Counted from the first letter of the stretch, positions 8,252-17,884 are shown. The stretch: DNA of 34,997 nt from an uncultured Candidatus Saccharibacteria bacterium (GCA_964606205.1 CAZSFU010000004.1:1-34997), one strand, 5' to 3'. The notes: generated from the letters alone by a model not told the origin. Numbers and translations: made by a program.

Positions 8252-8280
8252 TTGAGTTACTCACACTCCTCTGTTAAAAT
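8252..8280 (+). promoter_or_regulatory. Candidate promoter of the island-3 ORF
   Basis: TTGAGT (8252-8257), a 17-nt spacer ending in TGt, then TAAAAT (8275-8280). Confidence 0.4.
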
Positions 8281-8300
8281 TAAAATCTAGAGAGGTGCTA

Positions 8301-8642
8301 ATGTACACAGCAGGATTCGGTCTGGCCGAGCTCATCAAGAAACGTGCGTCTCTTGTAGTACTCACAGAGTCGTGCGACACGAAGAGAGTGCCTGTGCACA
8401 ATTCCGGCATGGTGCTGTTCCAGCGGAAGAACTTGGACGATATGGGTCCTGCGTTCGTGGGCTTTGAATTGAGCGGGGCTCTTCTCATCGTCGACGAGTG
8501 CCGTGCAGAAGGTCATGGTCCCGTAACCATGATAACTCTGCTCAATGCTGTAGCAGAAAAACGGCCCGCAGCTCGCCGCGCAATCGATGAGATCGTGATG
8601 CCGATGGTCGAAGACCATGGCATCAACATCATGCACATCTAG
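8301..8642 (+). CDS. Hypothetical protein, 113 aa, high-GC orphan (island 3)
   Basis: AGAGAGG (8289-8295) lies 5 nt upstream of ATG 8301. G/C is enriched at codon position 3. The antisense ORFs are His/Cys/Arg-rich and look like junk. Confidence 0.5.
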   Translation: MYTAGFGLAELIKKRASLVVLTESCDTKRVPVHNSGMVLFQRKNLDDMGPAFVGFELSGALLIVDECRAEGHGPVTMITLLNAVAEKRPAARRAIDEIVMPMVEDHGINIMHI

Positions 8643-8663
8643 TTCAACCCCAAAAAGGAGGAA

Positions 8664-8685
8664 AAAGCGCCGGTATCGGCGCTTT
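8664..8685. terminator. Bidirectional terminator shared by the island-3 ORF and the transketolase C subunit
   Basis: aaaGCGCCG-gtat-CGGCGCttt has T-runs on both strands. Confidence 0.75.
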
Positions 8686-8710
8686 CCCATTTTCAAAATT
8701 TAAATTAACT

Positions 8711-9712
8711 TTATTGATTCTTCCTACCAATTACTTTCTTTACTGCTGTTTTTATATGAGACTCTCCCATTCCATAATGCTCGATAAGCTCATCTGGTTT
8801 TCCGCTCTGACCAAATTTGTCGTGCACTCCGATAAATTCTTGTGGTACTGGAAACTTTTGCACCAACACTTCTGAAACTGCAGAACCAAGTCCGCCAATA
8901 ATCTGATGTTCTTCAACTGACACAACTGCTCCACAAGTTTTTGCTATGTTTATTACAGCTTCAGAGTCTATAGGTTTTATTGTAGAAATATTTAAAACTT
9001 TTACTGTAATTCCTTCTTTGCTCAGATCTTCTGCGACTTTAAGTGCTTTATGAACGAGTGCTCCTGTAGCTATTATTCCTGCATCTGCCTTTGCGTTTTC
9101 ATCTCCGTAATAAAGCTGTGCCTTTCCAATTTCAAAAGGAGTATCTTCTGTTGTGATAACAGGAGTTTTTTCTCGAGCAAGTCTGATATAAATAGGTTTT
9201 TTAAGCTCTGCAGAAGCTATAGTTGCTTTCTTTGCCTCTATTGCATCACATGGAGATATAACAACCATGTTGGGTATTACACGAGTAATAGCGATATCTT
9301 CCACTGCCTGATGTGTTCCACCGTCTGGACCAACAGAAACTCCAGCGTGACTTCCAGCAATGATTACTGGTCTGTCGTTGTAACAAATAGTTGTTCGTAT
9401 CTGTTCCCAATTTCTTCCTGGAGAAAACATTGCATAACTAGATATAAAAGGGATTTTGCCCATTGCAGACATTCCACTCGCAACAGAAGCTAGGTTTTGT
9501 TCAGCGATACCAATTTCCACAAATCTTTCAGGAAATTTTTCTCGGAACATACTCATTTTTGTTGACTCTGTAAGATCTGAACACAGTCCAACAACCTGAG
9601 AGTTTTTCTCTCCAGCTTTTACAAGACCTTCGCCAAATCCCTGACGAATTGGTAGTTGTTCTACCTTTTTGTCAAAAATCTTCGGATTTAATTTTTGGTT
9701 TGGATTAATCAT
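8711..9712 (-). CDS. tkt: Transketolase, C-terminal (pyrimidine-binding) subunit
   Basis: The 333-aa ORF has FVEIGIAEQN and GPDGGTHQAVEDIA. It directly follows the N-terminal subunit. Confidence 0.92.
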   Translation of the reverse strand: MINPNQKLNPKIFDKKVEQLPIRQGFGEGLVKAGEKNSQVVGLCSDLTESTKMSMFREKFPERFVEIGIAEQNLASVASGMSAMGKIPFISSYAMFSPGRNWEQIRTTICYNDRPVIIAGSHAGVSVGPDGGTHQAVEDIAITRVIPNMVVISPCDAIEAKKATIASAELKKPIYIRLAREKTPVITTEDTPFEIGKAQLYYGDENAKADAGIIATGALVHKALKVAEDLSKEGITVKVLNISTIKPIDSEAVINIAKTCGAVVSVEEHQIIGGLGSAVSEVLVQKFPVPQEFIGVHDKFGQSGKPDELIEHYGMGESHIKTAVKKVIGRKNQ

Positions 9713-9713
9713 G

Positions 9714-10616
9714 TTATTCGTGCTCTGAAATTATTTGGCCACCCAAAGTTCGCAAATCATGCAATGCTATCTTCGCTTGTTCATCCTTTGGTGGCTCGCC
9801 TGCAATTTCTGTTCCCGGAGGGTTACCATGCCATTTGTAATCACGCTCCATAAATGAAACTCCTTTTCCTGGAATAGTTCTAGCAACTATTACACTTGGT
9901 CCATCAAAAACAGCTTGTGCCCGACCAACAGCAGCAATAATTTCTGAAAAATTGTGACCATCTATTTCCTCTGCATGCCAACCAAAACTTTCAAACTTGT
10001 GAACAACAGAATCAAGTGGCATAACATCCTCGGTATATCCATCAATCTGAATATTATTTCGATCAACAAAAACTATTAAATTTCCAAGTCTCTCCTTTGC
10101 GGCGAGCATTATTGCTTCCCAGTTCTGCCCCTCATCCAACTCTCCATCACCAAGCAAACAATAGAAAAATCTATCTGAAGTTTTACCATTATCCATTCTG
10201 TCTGCGATAGCCATTCCAACAGCCTGTGAGAGTCCTGAACCTAATGGTCCAGAACTATTCTCTAGCATGGGCAGAAACTCACGATGTGGATGTCCCTGGA
10301 GCCTGCTACCAAACTTTCGAAGCGTTAGCAACTCTGGAACGGGAAAATATCCTGCATGAGCCATAGCTGCGTATAATACAGGGTTTGTGTGTCCGTTTGA
10401 AAGTATTAGTCTGTCTCTCTTTTCCCAGAAAGGCTCTGCTGGGTTGTGTCGAAGTATGAAAAAATATAATGCAGAATAAATATCTGCCATCCCAAGTGGA
10501 CCAGCAGAATGTCCGGAACCAGCAGAAACAAGCATCTCGATGATAGAAATGCGTATGTCTTTTGCTTTTTCCTCAAGGAACTTTAGTTTGTCGTCTGTTA
10601 AATTTGACATTGCCAT
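9714..10616 (-). CDS. tkt: Transketolase, N-terminal (TPP-binding) subunit
   Basis: The 300-aa ORF has GHSAGPLG, LLGDGELDEGQNWEA and VDRNNIQIDG. Confidence 0.92.
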   Translation of the reverse strand: MAMSNLTDDKLKFLEEKAKDIRISIIEMLVSAGSGHSAGPLGMADIYSALYFFILRHNPAEPFWEKRDRLILSNGHTNPVLYAAMAHAGYFPVPELLTLRKFGSRLQGHPHREFLPMLENSSGPLGSGLSQAVGMAIADRMDNGKTSDRFFYCLLGDGELDEGQNWEAIMLAAKERLGNLIVFVDRNNIQIDGYTEDVMPLDSVVHKFESFGWHAEEIDGHNFSEIIAAVGRAQAVFDGPSVIVARTIPGKGVSFMERDYKWHGNPPGTEIAGEPPKDEQAKIALHDLRTLGGQIISEHE

Positions 10617-11287
10617 TATAGCGATGATAGAGAATCGAAAACACCTTCTGGATCTTCTGAGTTCAGTATGGCACTTCCAGAAATAACTTTGTCGACACCA
10701 GCGTCGACTAAAATATTTTCTGTATCTTCCGTTACACCAATATCAATAGCAATTATACGCTCTGGATAAATCTTCTGCAATGATTTTATTTTATCAACGG
10801 CGACCGGATCGAGTTCTACGTTGTGTCTACCCAAATCATCTGAGCCCATTACCTGAATAAAATCCACCTGAGAAACAAATGGTTCCAGTTTTGAAATATC
10901 TGTACTAGGTTTTATTGCAACTCCAATAGCAATAGAATTTTCTAAACAAATATCGATTACTTTTTGGAAATCTGGTGTAGATTCTATATGAGCAACTACT
11001 GCACCAATACCTGTTGAAATCCATTCTTCTAAAATATTTTCTGGATGGGCGACCATAAGGTGCAATTCGATATCAATATCTTCCCATTTTGGCCAACCTT
11101 CTTCTTGGTTTTTTAAATTTTCAAAATACTCAATATCGCGTCCGTTGTATGGCCATGTTTTAACTGGCGCAAATGTTCCATCAGCTATATCTATTTGCAC
11201 TTTTTTCGCAAAACCAGAGACTTTTCTCATTTCGTCCTCTAGTTGCAATTTATTTATAGGAATTATGGCTGGTAGTACATCAATCAT
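10616..11287 (-). CDS. rpe: Ribulose-phosphate 3-epimerase-like protein (divergent)
   Basis: The 223-aa ORF has IDIADGTFAP, HLMV, AIDIGV and GSAIL, which align with Rpe landmarks. The phosphate-loop region is divergent. Confidence 0.65.
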   Translation of the reverse strand: MIDVLPAIIPINKLQLEDEMRKVSGFAKKVQIDIADGTFAPVKTWPYNGRDIEYFENLKNQEEGWPKWEDIDIELHLMVAHPENILEEWISTGIGAVVAHIESTPDFQKVIDICLENSIAIGVAIKPSTDISKLEPFVSQVDFIQVMGSDDLGRHNVELDPVAVDKIKSLQKIYPERIIAIDIGVTEDTENILVDAGVDKVISGSAILNSEDPEGVFDSLSSL

Positions 11288-11726
11288 ATTGTTCTATTTT
11301 CTTTATTCTTCTCATATGTCTAGGCTCACCAGAAAAAGGTGTTTTGATCCATAGCAACATAGCTTCTCTGGCTTCCTGTGTTGTAACAAAATGTGATGCA
11401 ATAGATAAAATATTTGAGTCGTTATGCTCTCTAGCCAAAGTTAGGATGTGTTTTGTCCCTCCATAGAACAATGCGCATCTGACATTGGGAAATCGATTTG
11501 CCACCATAGCTTCTCCCTGGCCAGACCAGCCGAGAACTATGCCTTTAGAGTCCATGTCTTTAGATACACTAGAAGCTACAATAGAAATGTAATCTGGGTA
11601 GTCGTCTTCGTGATCATATTGTTTCGGACCGCAGTCATAGACTTCAAAATTTTGTTCCATCAAAAAAGTAATGAGATTTTTCTTCATCTCAAAACCGGCA
11701 TGATCGGAACCGATATAGATTCGCAT
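11280..11726 (-). CDS. rpiB: Ribose-5-phosphate isomerase B
   Basis: MRIYIGSDHAGFEMK is the RpiB/LacAB N-terminus. I chose the start at the second Met (11726). The 3' end overlaps the rpe-like gene. Confidence 0.88.
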   Translation of the reverse strand: MRIYIGSDHAGFEMKKNLITFLMEQNFEVYDCGPKQYDHEDDYPDYISIVASSVSKDMDSKGIVLGWSGQGEAMVANRFPNVRCALFYGGTKHILTLAREHNDSNILSIASHFVTTQEAREAMLLWIKTPFSGEPRHMRRIKKIEQYD

Positions 11727-11796
11727 GATTATATTATACAAAATCTACAGGTTTTAGATATTAACTATTCAACAACCTATTACTTATGTCTTGATT

Positions 11797-12837
11797 TTAT
11801 AAAGATGCAGCAGTTTTAACTACGTGGTCTATAAGCATGTTTGTATATCCTGCCTCGTTATCATACCAAGCCATGACCTTTATCAAGTTTCCACCAACTA
11901 CTCGAGTCATTTTTAAGTCCGCAATAGAACCGTAGTGACTTCCTAGAATATCTGAAGAAACAAGTTCCTCATCTGTTGCAGAAAATATATTATTCCATCT
12001 GTCACTAGCAGCAGCTTTTCTTAAAACGTCGTTTACCTCCTCTGCTGTTGTATTTTTCTTTGAAATAAAAGTTACATCCACAATAGATCCAGCTGGAACA
12101 GGAACTCTGATTGAAATACCATCAAACAAACCTTCTAGCTTTGTGAATGCTTGTGTCACAGCAATAGCTGCTCCTGTAGATGAAGGCACGATATTTTGTG
12201 CTGCAGCTCTTCCCTCTCTTAAATCTTTCTTAGAAGGACCATCAACGAGCGCTTGTGAAGCTGTATAACCATGAACAGTGTTCAGAACTGCTTTTTCAAT
12301 ACCAAAGTTTTCATCCAAAATAGCAATAAGAGGTGATGCCGCATTTGTTGTACATGAAGCGTTAGAAGTTACATCACATGTGCCGAACTTTTCCTCGTTT
12401 ACGCCCATAAGAATAGTTTCGCCCTTAACTGAACCGTCACCGCCCTTTGAAGGAGCAGAAATAACCACTTTCTTTGCGCCAGCAGTTAGATGAACAGCGG
12501 CTTTGTCATACGAAGTGAAAAGCCCAGTAGACTCAACAACAACATCTACACTCAAATCTTTCCAAGGTAGTTTTGTTGGCTCTTTTTCAGAAACAAATTT
12601 TACAACCCTTCCATCGATAACTAGATTTCCTCCATCAACTTTTACATCATGCTTCCATGTTTTATATACAGTGTCGTATTTCAAAAGGTACGCCATGTTG
12701 TCGACACTTCCAAGGTCGTTTACGGCAACCACCTCAAGTGCCTCGTTATCCCAACTCTCTTTTAGAAATTGTCTGCCAATTCTACCGAAACCGTTTATTG
12801 CGACTCGAACTTTTTTTGTTTTACTGAAAAATGCCAT
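11797..12837 (-). CDS. gap: Glyceraldehyde-3-phosphate dehydrogenase, type I
   Basis: INGFGRIGR and the SNASCTTN active site are present. Confidence 0.95.
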   Translation of the reverse strand: MAFFSKTKKVRVAINGFGRIGRQFLKESWDNEALEVVAVNDLGSVDNMAYLLKYDTVYKTWKHDVKVDGGNLVIDGRVVKFVSEKEPTKLPWKDLSVDVVVESTGLFTSYDKAAVHLTAGAKKVVISAPSKGGDGSVKGETILMGVNEEKFGTCDVTSNASCTTNAASPLIAILDENFGIEKAVLNTVHGYTASQALVDGPSKKDLREGRAAAQNIVPSSTGAAIAVTQAFTKLEGLFDGISIRVPVPAGSIVDVTFISKKNTTAEEVNDVLRKAAASDRWNNIFSATDEELVSSDILGSHYGSIADLKMTRVVGGNLIKVMAWYDNEAGYTNMLIDHVVKTAASL

Positions 12838-12883
12838 TTGATTGATCTATGAAAAGAATAATGGATAAATTATATCACAACAG

Positions 12884-12910
12884 AAAACCGCCGGGCTAGC
12901 CGGCGGTTTT
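12884..12910 (-). terminator. Terminator of the 309-aa gene
   Basis: CCGCCGG-gctag-CCGGCGG has flanking A and T runs. Confidence 0.75.
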
Positions 12911-12919
12911 CAAAAAATG

Positions 12920-13849
12920 CTATTTTGAAACAGTAAAGTTTCCAAAACATCCAGAACCCTGGTCAGCCCATGTACCTGAACCAGTACTTGTCTGCAACTG
13001 ACCGGTTAGAGCTATTTTACTAGATGATAAATTCCATCCACCACTTATCTTTCCGTTTTTATCAACATTTCCACCGCCGTAGTAAACTGCACCCTTTATA
13101 GTAACTGGGCCCTGAAATGTTCCATCACTCGCAACATTGAAAGCAACTTCCCCACCAGGGCAACCCTGTGTAGCGGCTATTGCGTTAGCTGTGAAAGTTC
13201 CACTCCAGCTACCAGTATATGAAACCGTAGTGGTTGTCTGAGTTGCAGGAGCAGGACTTGATGTAGTTGTGTTTGAAACATTTGTAGTTCCACCAGATGA
13301 AGTCGTAGCTCCAGAACTTGCACTTGCACCAATTCCAATAGCATTTTTTGCTTTGTTTACCAAATCGTTATGACTTAACACAACTTTCTTTCCAATAGTT
13401 ACGTTTCTGCCTATAGTTAATTGCGTTGATGTCTCTACGTATAAAACATCTATGCTTGAGTCAGCCGCAATAGTTAAACTCTTGAACGCATACATAGTTC
13501 CTATTTTTGAACCACCACCTACGTTTATACTTTCTCCAACCACTAGAGTAGCCTTACTGAATCCTCCCATATTTATTGTTTGACCAACTAACTTAGAACT
13601 GTTTGATGATGCTCGTGCATTTACAGTTTTGTCATAATTAGACCAAGGAAATTCTATTCGAGTTTCGGTATTTATAACTTGCTGTGTTCCAGTAGTATTT
13701 TGTACCTGATTTTGATCAGAAATTTCTGACTTTATCTCACTAGTTTTTGATTTTTCTACATATACCCAACCGCCTATTGCAGCAAGACCCAAAATAGCCA
13801 CAACAACAACAATAGCGATACCAATAAAACCAGCTTGTTTATTTTTCAT
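12920..13849 (-). CDS. Membrane-anchored extracytoplasmic protein with beta-helix-like repeats and a Ser/Thr-rich linker
   Basis: It has an N-terminal TM segment and a repetitive G-x-S/I-N-V-GG region that looks like a bactofilin/polymer-forming fold. A Thr/Ser linker precedes a C-terminal Gly-rich beta domain. Confidence 0.6.
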   Translation of the reverse strand: MKNKQAGFIGIAIVVVVAILGLAAIGGWVYVEKSKTSEIKSEISDQNQVQNTTGTQQVINTETRIEFPWSNYDKTVNARASSNSSKLVGQTINMGGFSKATLVVGESINVGGGSKIGTMYAFKSLTIAADSSIDVLYVETSTQLTIGRNVTIGKKVVLSHNDLVNKAKNAIGIGASASSGATTSSGGTTNVSNTTTSSPAPATQTTTTVSYTGSWSGTFTANAIAATQGCPGGEVAFNVASDGTFQGPVTIKGAVYYGGGNVDKNGKISGGWNLSSSKIALTGQLQTSTGSGTWADQGSGCFGNFTVSK

Positions 13850-13910
13850 TTAATTAATTTTATTTTTAAAAGTGAATAAATTATACCAACTTGCTAAGCA
13901 AACGTACAAC

Positions 13911-13936
13911 AAAAAACCGCCAGAAGGCGGTTTTTT
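13911..13936 (-). terminator. nrdB terminator
   Basis: AAAAAA-CCGCC-agaa-GGCGG-TTTTTT. Confidence 0.8.
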
Positions 13937-13940
13937 GTTT

Positions 13941-14948
13941 TTATTCTGAAGCTTCTTTCTTTTTTGATTCCCCTGCGTGCGCATCCACCTCGTAGCTTGT
14001 GTTCTGTGACTCGAAAAAGTTTACCAACTCGAACACATCTGTCGCAGTACTCATCCATTTTGCTGGGTTTGTCACGTTGTAGTATTTTGGCATTCCAAGT
14101 TCCTGAAGTCGTCTGTCTGCAACATACTGCACATACTGGTTAACATAGTCAGCGTTTAGACCCAATATTCCATTTGGGAACATGTCTTTGTTGTATGCCA
14201 CTTCTAGGTCAACCCCCTCGATAATGATATTCCTGATTTCAGCGGCGAACTCCTCTGTAAGTAGCTCTGTATTTTCCTCTAGCACGTTATGAACAAGGTT
14301 AATACCAAACTTTAAGTGAAGTGATTCATCTCGCAGTACCCAGTTAATCATTGAACCAAAGTTTCTGAGTTGGTTTCTCTGTCTGAAAGATAGTGCAACC
14401 ATAAAACCTGAGTAAAACCAAACACCCTCCATCACAATGTTTGTTGCAACAAGGTTTCTAATAAAATCTTTCTTGCCATCAACAGTCTCGATATCTAGTT
14501 TCTCCTCTGTCATTCGTGTTAGATATCTGTTTATGAAAGCCTCTTTTGCGATCATAGAAGGAACCTCTAGGTGCGTGTTGAAAACTGACTCCTTATCAAA
14601 AGGAAAAGTTTCTAGAACGTACTCAAAAGACACACAGTGGTTAGCCTCTTCCCACATCTGCTTTGCTAGATAGAGGTGACACTCAGGTGATTTCAAATAT
14701 GGATATATACCCAAAGCAATAGATCTGTTAACTATGAGCTCTGCAGGGTTAAAGAACGCCATTAGAAACTTGATAGCGTGCCTCTCATCCTCAGTCATTT
14801 TTTCAAAGTCATCTAGGTCTTCTTTTAGTGCGATCTCGTGTGGGAACCATGTGTTTCGAACTGCCTGGTTGTATAGATCGTATGCCCATTTATAGTTTAA
14901 AGGGTGAAGGTTCATGTCCGTCGGAGACGGTTTGCCGATTAGTGTCAT
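13941..14948 (-). CDS. nrdB: Ribonucleotide reductase small subunit (R2), with class Ic-like substitutions
   Basis: The ferritin-like ligand motifs EEANH, MEGVWF and RDESLH are present, plus a C-terminal TSYEV tail. Phe sits 4 residues after the His of E-x-x-H, where the radical Tyr normally is. Confidence 0.92.
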   Translation of the reverse strand: MTLIGKPSPTDMNLHPLNYKWAYDLYNQAVRNTWFPHEIALKEDLDDFEKMTEDERHAIKFLMAFFNPAELIVNRSIALGIYPYLKSPECHLYLAKQMWEEANHCVSFEYVLETFPFDKESVFNTHLEVPSMIAKEAFINRYLTRMTEEKLDIETVDGKKDFIRNLVATNIVMEGVWFYSGFMVALSFRQRNQLRNFGSMINWVLRDESLHLKFGINLVHNVLEENTELLTEEFAAEIRNIIIEGVDLEVAYNKDMFPNGILGLNADYVNQYVQYVADRRLQELGMPKYYNVTNPAKWMSTATDVFELVNFFESQNTSYEVDAHAGESKKKEASE

Positions 14949-14992
14949 TTAGTTTTTTGGTTATTTAATAAATATGTTTGTAACTTACCAGA

Positions 14993-17791
14993 TTATTGGC
15001 ACGATAAGCAAATGTTTTCATCGGCTGGATCCTCCGGACCAATAATATTGTATTTCTTTCCACCGACTATCTTTTCAAGTGACTGGTATTCATTCCTTGG
15101 AGTCTCTCGAACCAAAACCTCTTCTCTAACTAACGCAGGTTCTGGCACTCTCACCTCGACAGGTGCAGAAACACTTGCAAAGCCTTTTGGCTGAACGTCT
15201 TCACTAACAACTCTAGTAGTAGAAACTAGTATTTCTTCCTCAAGCTTTATGTTTTGTATCGCCTCGCTTTTTACAGTAGATATTATAGGTTCAACTGCAA
15301 TACTAGACATGTTAATTGTTTCCACCGGACTAGTCGTAACGACAGGAGCGGATGTCACAGACTCAACCTCTAATGATTTCTGAAGTGGAGCTGAGAACGC
15401 AGGTGAAGTGCCGAAATTCAAAGCACCAAAACCAACTTTACCTATTTTTGCTGCCTTGTTTACGTTTGTCGTTGACTGCTCTGCTGTGTGACGAGGCTTC
15501 ATATGTAGGTAGTATGTTGTCTTGAGACCTTTTTCCCATGCCGTGTTGTATATTTTCATAGTCTCATCTATATCTCGTGTTTCAAGATACATGTTTCGTG
15601 ATAGAGCCTGGTCTACCCATTTCTGAGCGCGAGCTGCAACCTCGATATATGCAAAAGGTGAAGTTGTGAAAGAAGTTTTGTAAACATCTTTTATGTGCTG
15701 TGGAATTTCTTCGATTGTTGAGATATCTCCCTGCAACTCTATAATCTGGTTTTTAACTTTCTCCCAAATACCCAAGTTTATAAGATCCTTTACTAGGTTG
15801 TGGTTAATATCTAGATATTTTCCTGACAGAGTGTTTCTAGAAAATACCTGTGCGAATCGTGGATCGATACTAGGAACTGTTCCGCCGACAAGTCCGATAG
15901 TTGCGTTTGGAGCAACGGCCATCAAAGTTGCGTTTCGCATACCTTTTGAAACTTTGGCTCGCAGAACATTCCAATCAAGACCCTTATGTCGTGACTCCTT
16001 TGTAACTGTAAGTGGTCGTTGTCGCTCAACTTCTAGCTTGTTGAGTGTATCAACAGGAACAACACCTTTTGACCAAGCTGAGCCCTGGAAGTTGTGATAC
16101 GAACCACGAGTTTGTGCCAAATTAGCTGACTCATCTATTGCCATATATGAAATAAACTCAAAGATTCGATCTGTAAAATCCCAAGCATGTGGAGAGTCGT
16201 ATGACATACCAAGTTGCTCTAGTACATCTGCAAGCCCCATCACTCCTAGACCAACAGCTCTATTTTCTTTATCTGACTTTATAGCTTCTGGGATAGGAAG
16301 TTGGTTAATATCAATTAGGTTATCAAGCTGTCGTATTGCCAAACGTGTAGTCTCTTCAAGTTTTGCCCAGTTAACAGCCTTGTTCTGAATATGAGGAGCA
16401 AGGTTAAGTGATGCCAAGTTACATACTGCGATGTTTTCTCTATCCTGTGGCAGAGTGATTTCTGTACACAAGTTTGAAAGGTGAATGGTTCCAGTATTGT
16501 TGTTTAGCGCTCGTACGTTGATCGGATCCTTCCAAACAAGCCATGGGTGAGATGTGGACTGAAGAGATACCAACATTTTTCGGAACAGTTCGTTTGCTGG
16601 CATTTTTTTGAATGCTCGAAGTTCGCCCTTGTTCGCCTTTTCAACTAGCTGGTTATATTTTTCTGAAAATGCATTTCCATACAACTCATTTAGATCAGGA
16701 GCCTCTGCTGGATCAAAGAAATACCAGTCTTCGCCCGCTCCAACTCTCTTCATAAACTCGTCTGGAATAAATGATGCTGTGTTTGCTGTTCGCATTCTCA
16801 TGTGATCATCACCAGCGTTGTGTTTCCAATCTAGAAACTCCATGTAGTCCAAGTGCCAAGGCTCCATATAGAAGCAGAGTGCCCCTCGTCTCTTTCCTGC
16901 ACGCATGATAGCTCTGATAGCGACGTCGATTATCTTTGCAAAAGGAGTAGGACCTGATGAAGCCCCATTGTTTGACTTTAGCGGTGATCCTGAAGCACGA
17001 AGTTTTGTAAGAGAAAGCCCTACACCACCAGTCGCTTTTGATATGAGCATTACGTCAGCAACTGTTTTTGATATGTTCTCCATATCGTCCTGCATCTCAA
17101 TAAGAAAACAGTTTGATAGAGCAGGTCTAGCAGTTCCAGCACCCAAGTTTGTAGATGTACCTGGAATGTATTCCATCTTCGACATCTTGTTATAGAAAGT
17201 GATAGCCCACTTTGTAGGATCCTCTTCGTTGTATGAAAGCCCCATGGCAACTCTCATCCAGTACATCTGTGGAGTTTCCATGTGCTTCTCTTTTTCATCT
17301 CGAAGTAGGTATAAAGAAGCCACAGTTGAAAGTCCTGTGTACTGAAAAAGTTCGTCCCTATCTATGTTTATCGCATCAGCAAGACGATTTAGATCAAACT
17401 TCTCGATCATTCTAGTGTCCAAGCGCTTTAGCTCAACGCCAGTTTTTACATATCGGATAAATGCCTCCTTGTGCATTCTGATCAAAGTCTCCTTGTCATG
17501 GTTATAGTCACCAACAACTCTTCTGTAAATCACTTTTAGAAAAAGTCGAGTAGCAACTTTGTCGTAGTCTATGTCCTCCTTTATGTTTTGAATAGCGGCG
17601 TTTATGGTCGCCTGATCCATTTCATCTGTCGTGATTCCATCGTATAGCGTAAGCTGAGTTTCACTCGCAATCTGAGTTACTTTCGATACTGGATCCGACA
17701 ATCCGTAACAAGCTCTTTCGATGGAACGGTTAATTTTGTCTGCATTAAAGGGAACCTTTGTACCATCGTGTCTTGTTACGTTTATGCTCAT
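14993..17791 (-). CDS. nrdA: Ribonucleotide reductase large subunit with ATP-cone and a long C-terminal linker
   Basis: It has an N-terminal ATP-cone (VTRHDGTKVPFNADKI), the NLCTEI active-site region, a TTYYLH pair and a terminal CLSCQ redox tail. Confidence 0.95.
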   Translation of the reverse strand: MSINVTRHDGTKVPFNADKINRSIERACYGLSDPVSKVTQIASETQLTLYDGITTDEMDQATINAAIQNIKEDIDYDKVATRLFLKVIYRRVVGDYNHDKETLIRMHKEAFIRYVKTGVELKRLDTRMIEKFDLNRLADAINIDRDELFQYTGLSTVASLYLLRDEKEKHMETPQMYWMRVAMGLSYNEEDPTKWAITFYNKMSKMEYIPGTSTNLGAGTARPALSNCFLIEMQDDMENISKTVADVMLISKATGGVGLSLTKLRASGSPLKSNNGASSGPTPFAKIIDVAIRAIMRAGKRRGALCFYMEPWHLDYMEFLDWKHNAGDDHMRMRTANTASFIPDEFMKRVGAGEDWYFFDPAEAPDLNELYGNAFSEKYNQLVEKANKGELRAFKKMPANELFRKMLVSLQSTSHPWLVWKDPINVRALNNNTGTIHLSNLCTEITLPQDRENIAVCNLASLNLAPHIQNKAVNWAKLEETTRLAIRQLDNLIDINQLPIPEAIKSDKENRAVGLGVMGLADVLEQLGMSYDSPHAWDFTDRIFEFISYMAIDESANLAQTRGSYHNFQGSAWSKGVVPVDTLNKLEVERQRPLTVTKESRHKGLDWNVLRAKVSKGMRNATLMAVAPNATIGLVGGTVPSIDPRFAQVFSRNTLSGKYLDINHNLVKDLINLGIWEKVKNQIIELQGDISTIEEIPQHIKDVYKTSFTTSPFAYIEVAARAQKWVDQALSRNMYLETRDIDETMKIYNTAWEKGLKTTYYLHMKPRHTAEQSTTNVNKAAKIGKVGFGALNFGTSPAFSAPLQKSLEVESVTSAPVVTTSPVETINMSSIAVEPIISTVKSEAIQNIKLEEEILVSTTRVVSEDVQPKGFASVSAPVEVRVPEPALVREEVLVRETPRNEYQSLEKIVGGKKYNIIGPEDPADENICLSCQ

Positions 17792-17846
17792 AGTGTAAAT
17801 AAATTAAAAATTGATAAATTTTAATAATTTCTGACTAATTTTGACT

Positions 17847-17884
17847 AAATATCTGCAATTTTTGTAAAAAAATTGCAGATATTT
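17847..17884. promoter_or_regulatory. Perfect 17-bp-arm palindrome upstream of nrdA (operator or terminator of the DUF192 gene)
   Basis: AAATATCTGCAATTTTT-gtaa-AAAAATTGCAGATATTT. It adjoins two TGACTAA direct repeats (17832-17838, 17842-17848) spaced 10 bp apart. Confidence 0.5.

Noticed and set aside
8261-8696. Minus-strand ORFs of 132 and 75 aa across island 3
   Set aside because: They are His/Cys/Arg-rich with no SD. The 132-aa ORF would start inside the terminator hairpin. The plus-strand frame has an SD, a promoter and GC3 bias.
17847-17884. NrdR box upstream of nrdA
   Set aside because: The palindrome arms (ATATCTGCAATTTTT) do not resemble the acaCwAtATaTwGtgt-type NrdR consensus as I recall it. 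There is only one copy, not the usual tandem pair.
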